Shown: piece after piece, positions 9,335-18,126 of the stretch
Layout: the number at the start of each line of letters is the position of its first letter
How positions within the stretch are numbered: the first letter of the stretch is position 1
Source of the DNA: an uncultured bacterium
GTDB lineage: Bacteria > Chloroflexota > UBA5177 > JANWHV01
Length of the DNA stretch: 64,000 bases
Assembly: GCA_963729625.1 (NCBI GenBank)
Contig: CAVSOU010000007.1
Coordinates: 576,001-640,000 of the forward strand
Reading direction: 5' to 3'
The notes under the pieces: model-generated
Told to the model about the DNA's origin: nothing
What the model saw: only the letters and a program-made list of their open reading frames with translations
The model's database searches: none
Position numbers and translations under genes: made by a program

Positions 9335-9913
9335 ATGAAAACTCGCTTGTCTTCGGTGATTCCAGGCCGAAACCTGGTGATGGTGCTATGCCTGTCGATA
9401 ATGCTGGCATCGCTGAGCGGCTGCTCGTCATCTTCGATTTCGCTCATTCCCGCTCCGATCGGCACGTCTGTGGTCACACCGACTCCGGAGCCGACACAAC
9501 CGCCACAAGTGGTATCCACAGGTTTCGACAAATTCGCGGGCAACTGCCTGGATGCCGCGAACGCGGATATGGACCTGATAAGCTACGCGCAGTCGCAGAA
9601 CTACAATTTCGATATGCAGCTTCAGGTCGCGCCGACCACCGGGTGCAGTGCGGATCTGGGCACAGCTGCCTACCACACGTTTGTGACGCAGGTAGGCCAG
9701 GTAACCCTGAACATGAATGAACTGGACTCGCAGTGGGTATACGGGTACGCACCCACCCGTCAGGCGTTTATCGACAGCGTGTTCTCCAAGATTCTGGCGC
9801 GGTATCCCAGCGCGTCCAAGGTGACGATCAACGTGACGTACGCAGGCCGGGTTCGGGCGATCCTGACCTACGACGGCCGCGGGCAGCCTGCGTACCAGGA
9901 CTTTGGTGCTTAG
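9335..9913 (+). CDS. Hypothetical lipoprotein
   Basis: Hydrophobic signal ending in lipobox LSGC, followed by a P/T-rich linker. Confidence 0.7.
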   Translation: MKTRLSSVIPGRNLVMVLCLSIMLASLSGCSSSSISLIPAPIGTSVVTPTPEPTQPPQVVSTGFDKFAGNCLDAANADMDLISYAQSQNYNFDMQLQVAPTTGCSADLGTAAYHTFVTQVGQVTLNMNELDSQWVYGYAPTRQAFIDSVFSKILARYPSASKVTINVTYAGRVRAILTYDGRGQPAYQDFGA

Positions 9914-10069
9914 CTCTCGGCACGTACGTGGAGCGGCGCGCCAAGATAAGACCCGACACTGATGGAAGCCGCGGGCTTATGAAGATTGAATAGTAAACCG
10001 GACAGAACTCAACGTCCATAAGTCCACGCTGGTCGCAGTTGCCGGTTGCACCATCTAGGGAGGAACGGG

Positions 10070-11554
10070 GTGGCGAGGCAGTACGTGCTGGCACTGGATC
10101 AGGGTACGACGAGCTCGCGGGCTATCCTTTTCGACGAGCGCGGCCAGCCGGTCGCGAGTGTGGCGCGCGAGTTTCCGCAATCGTATCCGAATCCCGGTTG
10201 GGTGGAGCACAACCCGGACGACATCTGGTTGAGCCAGCTCGGCGTGGCGCAGCAGCTTCTGCGCGATCACCAGATCGAAGCGGAGGCAGTCGCGGCCATT
10301 GGCGTCACGAACCAGCGCGAAACGACGATCGTGTGGGATCGCGCCAGCGGATACCCCATTCACAATGCCATCGTCTGGCAGGATCGCCGCACTGCGCCAC
10401 TGTGCACCCGACTTCGCGATGAGGGCCTCACGGGACACGTGCGCGAAAGAACCGGGCTGGTTATCGATCCCTACTTCTCCGCCACCAAGCTGCACTGGCT
10501 GCTCGAGCACGTGCCGGGCGCGCGGGAGCGGGCCGCACGCGGCGAACTGGCCTTCGGCACGGTCGACTCCTTTCTGCTCTGGCGCCTGACAGGAGGGCGC
10601 CTGCATATCACCGACGTTTCCAATGCGTCGCGCACCATGCTCTTCGATATTCGCAAGCAGGACTGGGATCCCACGTTGCTGCAACGGCTGCGCATACCGC
10701 GCGAGGTATTGCCGCGGGTCGTCTCCTCGAGCGACGTGTATGGCGAGACAGAGCCGGGACTTTTCGGAAGACCGATCCGTGTGGCGGGCATCGCCGGGGA
10801 CCAACAGGCGGCAACGTTTGGCCAGGCGTGTTGGACACCCGGTCTGGCCAAGAATACGTACGGCACGGGATGCTTTCTCCTGCTCAACACCGGAGCTGCG
10901 CCGGCAACCTCACGCCACAACTTGATCACAACCATCGGCTGGCGCCGCGATGGCGCCACGACCTATGCGCTAGAAGGAAGCGTGTTCATCGGCGGCTCAG
11001 TCGTGAAGTGGCTGCGAGACGGGCTACGCGTGATAGGGAGCGCGGCGGAGGTTGAGTCTCTGGCCGCCAGCGTGGACGACGCCGGCGGCGTGTCATTCGT
11101 CCCTGCATTCGTGGGTTTAGGGGCGCCGTACTGGGATCCGGATGCTCGCGGCATCATTGCCGGGCTCACACAGGAAACCACCGCGGGCCATATCGCGCGC
11201 GCCGCCCTTGAAGCAATCTGTTTCCAGACGATCGACGTTGTCCGCTGTATGGAGCAAGATACCGGGCAACATCTCAATGCGCTCCGCGTGGACGGAGGCG
11301 CCGTGGTGAACGATCTGCTCATGCAGATGCAAGCGGATTACCTGGGAATTCCGGTAGAGCGACCCCGCATCAGTGAGACCACCGCACTGGGCGCGGCCTA
11401 CCTTGCCGGCCTCGCCGCCGGTGTATGGTCGAGCCTGGACGAATTGGGTGCGCATCGTACTGTCGACAGGGTCTTCGAGCCACGGATCGGCGAGGACGAG
11501 CGTGCCAGTCGCTACGCTGCGTGGAGCAAGGCCGTGGAGCGGGCACGTGTCTGA
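10070..11554 (+). CDS. glpK: Glycerol kinase
   Basis: [37 protein letters not shown] and ETTALGAA motifs. Confidence 0.97.
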   Translation: MARQYVLALDQGTTSSRAILFDERGQPVASVAREFPQSYPNPGWVEHNPDDIWLSQLGVAQQLLRDHQIEAEAVAAIGVTNQRETTIVWDRASGYPIHNAIVWQDRRTAPLCTRLRDEGLTGHVRERTGLVIDPYFSATKLHWLLEHVPGARERAARGELAFGTVDSFLLWRLTGGRLHITDVSNASRTMLFDIRKQDWDPTLLQRLRIPREVLPRVVSSSDVYGETEPGLFGRPIRVAGIAGDQQAATFGQACWTPGLAKNTYGTGCFLLLNTGAAPATSRHNLITTIGWRRDGATTYALEGSVFIGGSVVKWLRDGLRVIGSAAEVESLAASVDDAGGVSFVPAFVGLGAPYWDPDARGIIAGLTQETTAGHIARAALEAICFQTIDVVRCMEQDTGQHLNALRVDGGAVVNDLLMQMQADYLGIPVERPRISETTALGAAYLAGLAAGVWSSLDELGAHRTVDRVFEPRIGEDERASRYAAWSKAVERARV

Positions 11555-12344
11555 TCGAGAGGAGGATCGGAAGAACCTCGTCAGTGCGGCGGGACGTACC
11601 GCGTTCGCGATCCTGCGTACGACCGGCCGTCGTGCCAAGCTCGGCGGCTTGCACCTGCCAATCGCGCTGCATCCGCATCGGCACGAGGCGATCGCGCTGC
11701 CGGAACAAACCGCGCGCGAGGAAGCGCGACCGCCGGTTGGGGAGGCTGATGCAGCACTGCCGGCGTCTACGCCCCTGTTCACCGCCGAGGTGCGAGCCCT
11801 GCGCAGCAAGCTCGCGGCGGCCGAACGGCGCAACTCCCGCCTGCGCTACGCACTCCGGCAGCAGCGCCTGGCCATAGCTCGCGCCGAGGAAGCTCGGCGT
11901 CAGCCGCGGGCTCTGATCGATCACCTCGTCTCGGATCTGGCCGGTCTGGGCTCGGCAGACACAGACGAGATACGCCGCGCCGTGACCTCGGTGCTTGCGG
12001 CCTATGGCTTTGACATCCCCACGACCGAAGAGCAGCCCGTGGTCGCGGTGCAGGCAAGCATCGCGGGCTACGACCGACGGCAATTGGCTACCCTGATCGA
12101 ACAGGTGCTGGCGTCGCAGCCCGAGATCGGTGGAGCGCGCTACGTCCAGCTGACACTCGAGGCGCTGGGACGGCACGGCGCACTCAGCTTACAGCAGCTC
12201 GGCACGACCACCGGTCTGACCTCGCCGATGGCGCGCCGGAGGCTGCGCCTGACGGTCGAGGCCTTATGCGGTGCCGGAGCGGCTCAGCTGCAAGGCTCGC
12301 GCTATTGCCTCGTTCCCAACCCGCCACGATCGGCCAAGCAGTAG
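11547..12344 (+). CDS. Hypothetical protein with coiled coil and possible C-terminal winged HTH
   Basis: GTG overlaps the glpK stop; heptad segment, then [14 protein letters not shown]...GSRY. Confidence 0.55.
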   Translation: MSDREEDRKNLVSAAGRTAFAILRTTGRRAKLGGLHLPIALHPHRHEAIALPEQTAREEARPPVGEADAALPASTPLFTAEVRALRSKLAAAERRNSRLRYALRQQRLAIARAEEARRQPRALIDHLVSDLAGLGSADTDEIRRAVTSVLAAYGFDIPTTEEQPVVAVQASIAGYDRRQLATLIEQVLASQPEIGGARYVQLTLEALGRHGALSLQQLGTTTGLTSPMARRRLRLTVEALCGAGAAQLQGSRYCLVPNPPRSAKQ

Positions 12345-12617
12345 CGGGTCCCGTGCGTTACTCGTCGCCGTCGCCCCACAGTCGGAGACTCCACCCTTCA
12401 GGCCCGAGCAACCGCCTTGCGCGAGTCTTTTCCTGCTCGCCCTGGAGCGCCTGCTCGTGGATCGTCGTGGGTCATGCCCGCAGACGCCCTCGGCTGCGGC
12501 CTGGTACAAGCGGCCGTGGAGATAATCAGCGTTCCGGGAGCGCGCGCGCGACGGCGTCCACGTATACTGGGAGGCAGCGAAACAACCGCGGCGAAGTCGC
12601 CCATAAGGACAATGGCC

Positions 12618-12673
12618 TTGACCGACGATGAGAGCTATGAGAGAATGATTCGTGACGAACTATTCGTCACGAA
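12618..12673 (+). promoter_or_regulatory. Sigma70-type promoter and MarR operator
   Basis: TTGACC-17-GAGAAT with upstream TG, followed by the perfect IR TTCGTGACGAA-CTA-TTCGTCACGAA (12649-12673). Confidence 0.75.
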
Positions 12674-12704
12674 CAATCGGGAGGCATCCCCGGAGATTCG
12701 CGCA

Positions 12705-13133
12705 GTGGCCATGGAGGTTGCTCGCTTGTATCCGGCCGTCTACCATCGCTTTCATGCATCGCGACAAACGCTGCCTGGATCCGACATCACGGCGCATATG
12801 CTGCGTGTGCTGCGGCATCTCGCAGCCGGAGGACCGTTGACCGTCGGCGAACAGGCCGCGCATCTGGGGCTCAGCAAGGCCACGATGACCGAAATGGTCA
12901 ACCGGTTGGAGGAAAAAGACTTGGTTGCTCGGTTGCGCGACGACCGCGATCGGCGGCGTGTCTTCGTCTGGCTCACCGAGGCCGGACGCCGGCGGGTCAC
13001 CGAGTACCCCGAGGTACTGGAAAACGAGTTGCTGATACAGGCCGTAGCGGACATGCGCCCCGCGGATCGCACGCACCTCGTGGAGGGCCTGCGTGCGCTG
13101 CTCGATGCCGCTCAGGAACCTGGAGAGGAGTAA
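12705..13133 (+). CDS. MarR-family transcriptional regulator
   Basis: wHTH GLSKATMTEMVNRLEEKDLV and DRRRVFVWLTEAG; start uncertain (12645-12711). Confidence 0.9.
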   Translation: MAMEVARLYPAVYHRFHASRQTLPGSDITAHMLRVLRHLAAGGPLTVGEQAAHLGLSKATMTEMVNRLEEKDLVARLRDDRDRRRVFVWLTEAGRRRVTEYPEVLENELLIQAVADMRPADRTHLVEGLRALLDAAQEPGEE

Positions 13134-13138
13134 GAGAC

Positions 13139-13399
13139 ATGGCCAACGCAACTATCTGTGAGAGCTGTGGCATGCCGATGGAGACGGTCGAGGATCACGC
13201 GCCAGCCAATCCTGCCAGCGTCTGGTGCCGTTACTGCACCACGCCTGAGGGAAAGCTGCAGCCTTTCGAGGAGCGCTTCGAGCGCATGTCGCAATGGATG
13301 ATGCGTAAGGAAGGCATGGAGCGCCAGGCAGCGGAGTTGGCTACCCGCGCCTACCTGCGCAATATGCCTGCCTGGAAGAACCATCCCGCGCTGCAGTAG
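13139..13399 (+). CDS. Zinc-ribbon domain protein (Zn_ribbon_2-like)
   Basis: CESCGMPM...WCRYC...MPAWK. Confidence 0.8.
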   Translation: MANATICESCGMPMETVEDHAPANPASVWCRYCTTPEGKLQPFEERFERMSQWMMRKEGMERQAAELATRAYLRNMPAWKNHPALQ

Positions 13400-13498
13400 C
13401 GCGCCAGGCTCTCCGCCGTCGACCGGCGGGGCTCGAACATGAGCGGCAACGCGGTCGGAGACCGACCTTCGCCGGACTCAGTTGAGTCGCGCCAAGCG

Positions 13499-14470
13499 CT
13501 ACCTCGACAGCTGCAGCGCCATCAGAGCGGCGCCGATAACACCCGCGTGGTTGCCGAGCGCGGCCCTGGCCACAGGCAGACTTTCACTGCAGAAAGGCGT
13601 GCCGGTTTGGCGCATGGATGCGACTGCGCTCTGAAGCCACGCGTCGCCGGCCTGAGAAACCGCACCGCCGAGCACGATCATGTCGGGGGCGTACACGCAC
13701 GCCAGGCTTGCCAGGCCCACGCCCAGCCATTCCCCGGCGCGCGTCAGAATGCCCTGCGCTGCGACATCGCCGCTCGCTGCCGCCCGCGAGACGTCGAGCC
13801 CCGCGATCGCGTGGCCGGCGGCGAGGATCCCCGCCAGGAACGCCGAGGAGCCGTCCTGGGCAGCACGTGTCCCAGCGCGCTCTATTGCCCGTGCCGATGC
13901 CACGGTCTCCAGGCACCCGCGGCAACCGTACGGACAGCGGACCGTACTGCCGTGGTCGACAATCAAGTGGCTCGAGTCACCGGTGATGCCCTTCATCACG
14001 CGTACGATGGCGCCGTCGACCACCAGCACCGTGCCGATGCCCGATCCCACGGTCACGAACAGGACACGGCGTTTTCCCGGCACGTCCAGGCGACGCACCT
14101 CGGCAAACGCGGCCACGCACGCGTCGTTGTCCACGGTTACCGGCAGCCTGCAGCGCGCGGCCAGCCATTTCCCCAGAGCGAACCCATTCAGGGCAGCGGT
14201 ATTGTTCATCTCGACGAGCGTGCCCGTGTCATCGAGGTAGCCGGAGAAGCCGCAGCCGAGCGCCTGGACGGGCCGGCCGTCGACCGACTGGAGCTCCAAT
14301 AGCCGGTCGATCGCCGTCGCTACCGGGTTGAGCACGGCGACAGGGTCCGACTCGGCGGAGATCGGCACGACGTCATTCGCTACGATCGTGCCGGTGTCCG
14401 AGACGATCGCCAGCTTGGCGCTGCTCCCTCCCAGGTCGAGCCCGATGGCATGCCGCATGGCTCTTCGCAT
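13499..14470 (-). CDS. ROK-family sugar kinase
   Basis: GLDLGGS, VDNDA, GSGIG, CPYGCRGCLE, VLGG and AGVIGAA motifs. Confidence 0.9.
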   Translation of the reverse strand: MRRAMRHAIGLDLGGSSAKLAIVSDTGTIVANDVVPISAESDPVAVLNPVATAIDRLLELQSVDGRPVQALGCGFSGYLDDTGTLVEMNNTAALNGFALGKWLAARCRLPVTVDNDACVAAFAEVRRLDVPGKRRVLFVTVGSGIGTVLVVDGAIVRVMKGITGDSSHLIVDHGSTVRCPYGCRGCLETVASARAIERAGTRAAQDGSSAFLAGILAAGHAIAGLDVSRAAASGDVAAQGILTRAGEWLGVGLASLACVYAPDMIVLGGAVSQAGDAWLQSAVASMRQTGTPFCSESLPVARAALGNHAGVIGAALMALQLSR

Positions 14471-14665
14471 TCGACTCCCTGCTGTGCAAACGCTGGTTGG
14501 CTCAAGACATATGCATAGTATATGCGTCCCAGTTGCGGCTTCCTCGGGCGCGGCACCGCACGTCCGAGTCGGCGACCGCACGCGAGGCCTGCCTCGTGGA
14601 GGACTGGATCTCCGAATGGCGGTTGCACGCTCCTTGGGCGTGTCCATCGCCAGTCATTGGCATGT

Positions 14666-15556
14666 CTACTTCAGCCCAGTTGTGGCAATGCCCTGGATGA
14701 ACGCTTTCTGAGCAAAGAAGAAGAGCAGTATCACCGGAATCGTGAATAGCACGGACGCGGCCATCAATGCTCCCCATTCGCTGGAGTGGGCGCCGATGTA
14801 GTTCAGAAGTCCCAAGGATAAGGTCCACTTGTCGCTGTCTTGCAGGAAGATGAGCGGACCCTGGAAATCGGTGTAGGTCCACAGAAAGCTGAAGATGGCA
14901 ACCGTCGTCAGCGCCGGCCTGGCCAACGGCAGGATAACTCGCGCGAAAATGACCAGTTCCCCTGCCCCGTCGATGTGCGCCGCATCGGAGAGATCAAAGG
15001 GAATCGTGCGTAGAAACTGACGCATAAGGAAGATGAAGAATGCATCGCCAAAGAAGGCAGGTACGGTCAGGGGTGCGAAGCTGTTGATCCAGTGGAGCTT
15101 GCTGAAGATGATGTACAACGGCACGATCGTCACCTGAAACGGCAACATCATGGTTGCCAGCACAACCAGGAAGACGGCACCCTGGCCCTTCCAGCTCAGG
15201 CGCGCAAATCCATAGCCGGCCATCGAGCAAGAGAGAAGCTTACCGGCTACCACAAGGCCACAGATGACCAGCGTGTTCCTCAGGTAGAGGAAGAACGGCG
15301 CATTTGTGACAGCATCCTGATAGTTGGACCACGTGAACGTGTGCGGGATCCAGGTGGGTTGCGAGGCGAAGATCTCGTCTGTCGGCTTGAATGAGGTGGA
15401 GATGAGCCAAGCCCACGGCAGGAGAAACAGCGCGCTGACGAGCAGCAGACTGCCGTACTGGAAGACCAGGCGCGCCACCTTTCGCATCCTCGAGCGGGTG
15501 CGCTGCGCCCTGGCTGCGCGATGCCGGCTGGTGTGCGGGTTAGCGTGCTCTGTCAC
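14666..15556 (-). CDS. Carbohydrate ABC transporter permease (MalG-like)
   Basis: EAA loop DAAHIDGA; C-terminus QKAFIQGIATTGLK. Confidence 0.93.
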   Translation of the reverse strand: MTEHANPHTSRHRAARAQRTRSRMRKVARLVFQYGSLLLVSALFLLPWAWLISTSFKPTDEIFASQPTWIPHTFTWSNYQDAVTNAPFFLYLRNTLVICGLVVAGKLLSCSMAGYGFARLSWKGQGAVFLVVLATMMLPFQVTIVPLYIIFSKLHWINSFAPLTVPAFFGDAFFIFLMRQFLRTIPFDLSDAAHIDGAGELVIFARVILPLARPALTTVAIFSFLWTYTDFQGPLIFLQDSDKWTLSLGLLNYIGAHSSEWGALMAASVLFTIPVILLFFFAQKAFIQGIATTGLK

Positions 15557-15640
15557 GGCGGGCTCCCTTTCCGCGGGCCGGCGTGCCGAAGCAAAGCCGC
15601 GCACGGCGCATCGGCACGTTGCGGTCGACCCGAACGCTGC

Positions 15641-16597
15641 TCACCGAGTGTCTTCATAGTAGACCCACCTCTTCGAGAGACCCAGCAGCGCCATGGTGAG
15701 GACCATGATGATCAGGAAGAGAATCCATGCCATTGCCGACGCATAGCCCATCCTGAGATAGCCAAAGGCGTTGGAGAAGAGGTACACGGCGTAGAAGAGC
15801 AGTGACCCTTCAGGTGCGCCCGACGCCGCGGAGCCACCGCCCCCGCCGCCGACAATGTAGGCCTGGGCGAAAAACTGGAAAGCCCAGATCACGCCCGTCA
15901 CCAGATTAAACAGGGTGACCCCAGACACCAGCGGAATCGTAACGTACCGAAGCTTTCCCCACCCGGACGCGCCGTCCAGCTCGGCCACCTCGTACAGATC
16001 CTCGGGGATGCCTTGTAGCCCGGCGAGATAGATGATCGTCACGGCGCCGATGCCCCACACTTGCATCAGAATCATGCTTGGCTTGCTCCAGGAGGGGTCG
16101 CCAAGCCAGTCGGGGCCGGTAATGCCGACACTCTGAAGCAGCAAGTTGACGGCCCCAAGGTTGGGGTTCAGTATCCAGATAAATAGGATAGTCAGGGCGA
16201 CCGTCGGCATGATAGATGGCAGCACGAAAATGGTGCGAAACAACGCCTGGCCGCGCACCTTGAAGTTGAGAAGAAGCGCCGTCCCGAAGCCCACCAACAA
16301 CTGTGCGGGAACGCCGAAGCCGACGAGGTACACGGTGTTGAGAAGAGAATTCCGGAAGTACTCGTCGTTTGTCAGGAGCTGCGTGTAGTTTTGCAGGCCG
16401 ACGAACGTCGGCGGTGAGATGATGTTGTAGTCGGTCAAGCTGTAATACAGCGACGCGCCCATCGGGTACAGGATGAAGGCAAGAAAGCCGACAATCCATG
16501 GTGAGATAAAGAACATACCCCACAGGAACCGGCGAAGGGACGGCGAGATGCGCCGCGCGCTTCTCTGGTCCATGGAGATTGGCGCCGACAAGGCCAT
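15641..16597 (-). CDS. Carbohydrate ABC transporter permease (MalF-like)
   Basis: FVGLQNY and LAGLQGIPEDLYEVAELDGA motifs. Confidence 0.93.
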   Translation of the reverse strand: MALSAPISMDQRSARRISPSLRRFLWGMFFISPWIVGFLAFILYPMGASLYYSLTDYNIISPPTFVGLQNYTQLLTNDEYFRNSLLNTVYLVGFGVPAQLLVGFGTALLLNFKVRGQALFRTIFVLPSIMPTVALTILFIWILNPNLGAVNLLLQSVGITGPDWLGDPSWSKPSMILMQVWGIGAVTIIYLAGLQGIPEDLYEVAELDGASGWGKLRYVTIPLVSGVTLFNLVTGVIWAFQFFAQAYIVGGGGGGSAASGAPEGSLLFYAVYLFSNAFGYLRMGYASAMAWILFLIIMVLTMALLGLSKRWVYYEDTR

Positions 16598-16643
16598 GCG
16601 TCCTCTGCTCTTGTTGTTGCCGCGTACCGTGCAGGAATAGAGG

Positions 16644-16683
16644 GCCGCTGGTGAGGGGGCAGCGGTATTCCCTCACCAGCGGC
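16644..16683. terminator. Intergenic stem-loop after the SBP gene (mRNA stabiliser or attenuator)
   Basis: GCCGCTGGTGAGGG...CCCTCACCAGCGGC, 14-bp stem. Confidence 0.6.
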
Positions 16684-16691
16684 TCAATCCT

Positions 16692-18080
16692 CTACTTCTT
16701 GCCGGGGTGCATCTTGAGGAACTGGTCCAGCTCAGGCTGGATGATCTTCTTCACGTGCTGCATGCCGGCAAGGGCAGTTTCCTTGCCGTGCAATATGAGG
16801 GCGAGGTCGGCAGCGAAAACGTCCGAGTAATGCTGGCTGACCGGTGTTACCGGGAACACCAGCAAGTTAGGGCTATGCCGCATCACGTTCACGTCCAGCC
16901 GGTAGAAGTCCAGCTTGGCGATCCGTTGGTCGTCCAGGATGCGTCTGCTGGTCGGCATATCGGAGTTGGCGATTGCCGACACCACTCCGGCATTGCCCGT
17001 GATCATGTAGGTGAGGAAAGCAAACGCCTCTTGAGGATGACTCGACTGGGCCATGACGCTCATGTCGTCGCAATTCAGGGAACTCGAAAGCTTGCGCTCG
17101 GGGTGCCCATCGGGGTACGGCACGGTGAAGGAGCCCCAGTCGCGCCCAAACTTCATCGACGGCTTGTAGATGCCGAAGTTGAATGCCTGCCAGTCGCCGT
17201 CGAGGCGCATCGCCGTCAGGCCGTTGAAGAGCGGGTCGTTGGGTGAGAATGCCTGGCCCAAGCTGCTCGAGAAGCGGTCGATATTCGCAGGTCCATACGC
17301 TTTGTATTGCGCTGCAAGGTCGTTGAGCGCTGCGACCACGCCTGGATTGTCCGGAGTTACCTGGTGCGTCGCGGCATTGTAGAGGGAGCCGCCAAAGTCC
17401 TCAATCCACGCATATGCCGGCCAGTTCGAGTTCGGGGGAACCTGTCCGAGGCGGGTTATCTTGTTGCTACTGCCGTAGACGGTGAGCTTATGCGAATCGC
17501 TCCAGAGCTGGCTGAGCGTCACCGGCGGAGTCGTTATACCGGCAGCGCTGAAGTCCTGCTTGTTATAGAAGAAGTTGTATGAGCCGCAGTTCCATGGCAG
17601 ACCGTATACGTTATTGTCATACGTTACAGATTGCATCGTGGCCGGCAGCAGGTCGGCAAGGTCGAAGTGACTGGACTTGATCAGACTGTCGAGCTGCAAT
17701 AAAGCGCCGTTCCCGGCAAGGCTGCCCAAGGGCTCCGGGCCGTCCCAGAACTGGTAGATATCCGGCCCGCTGCCCGAGGCAACAGCGGTGAGCAGTTTCT
17801 GCACGCTCTCGCCGTGCACGACCTTCACGGTGACGTTCGGATTCATCTTGTTGAACGCCTGCATGAGGGGGTCAAGCTGCTTCTGGTAGACGCCGAAGTT
17901 GTCGTCATCCCAGTACGTGAGTGTGATCCCACTGGCCGCCGTTCGCGCCTTCACGCCGACCGGCGCCAGCGCACAGAGGGCCAGACCGGCGGCCAGCAAC
18001 ACCCGTCCAACGCAGATCGATACCTGGCGGATGTGCCGCCGTCTCGCTGTCATGCCGTCCCTATCAACGTGCCCTATCAT
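16692..18080 (-). CDS. Sugar ABC transporter substrate-binding protein
   Basis: Signal peptide, GPDI, YGLPW, FFYNKQDF; SBP_bac_1 pattern. Confidence 0.9.
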   Translation of the reverse strand: MIGHVDRDGMTARRRHIRQVSICVGRVLLAAGLALCALAPVGVKARTAASGITLTYWDDDNFGVYQKQLDPLMQAFNKMNPNVTVKVVHGESVQKLLTAVASGSGPDIYQFWDGPEPLGSLAGNGALLQLDSLIKSSHFDLADLLPATMQSVTYDNNVYGLPWNCGSYNFFYNKQDFSAAGITTPPVTLSQLWSDSHKLTVYGSSNKITRLGQVPPNSNWPAYAWIEDFGGSLYNAATHQVTPDNPGVVAALNDLAAQYKAYGPANIDRFSSSLGQAFSPNDPLFNGLTAMRLDGDWQAFNFGIYKPSMKFGRDWGSFTVPYPDGHPERKLSSSLNCDDMSVMAQSSHPQEAFAFLTYMITGNAGVVSAIANSDMPTSRRILDDQRIAKLDFYRLDVNVMRHSPNLLVFPVTPVSQHYSDVFAADLALILHGKETALAGMQHVKKIIQPELDQFLKMHPGKK

Positions 18081-18126
18081 TGCGTACCCCCTGAATGGCA
18101 TTTATGACCTCAGTTCGGTGGGTGCA

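Noticed and set aside
12350-12600. Small minus-strand ORF ending LWGDGDE
   Set aside because: An in-frame stop lies shortly upstream and there is no convincing start
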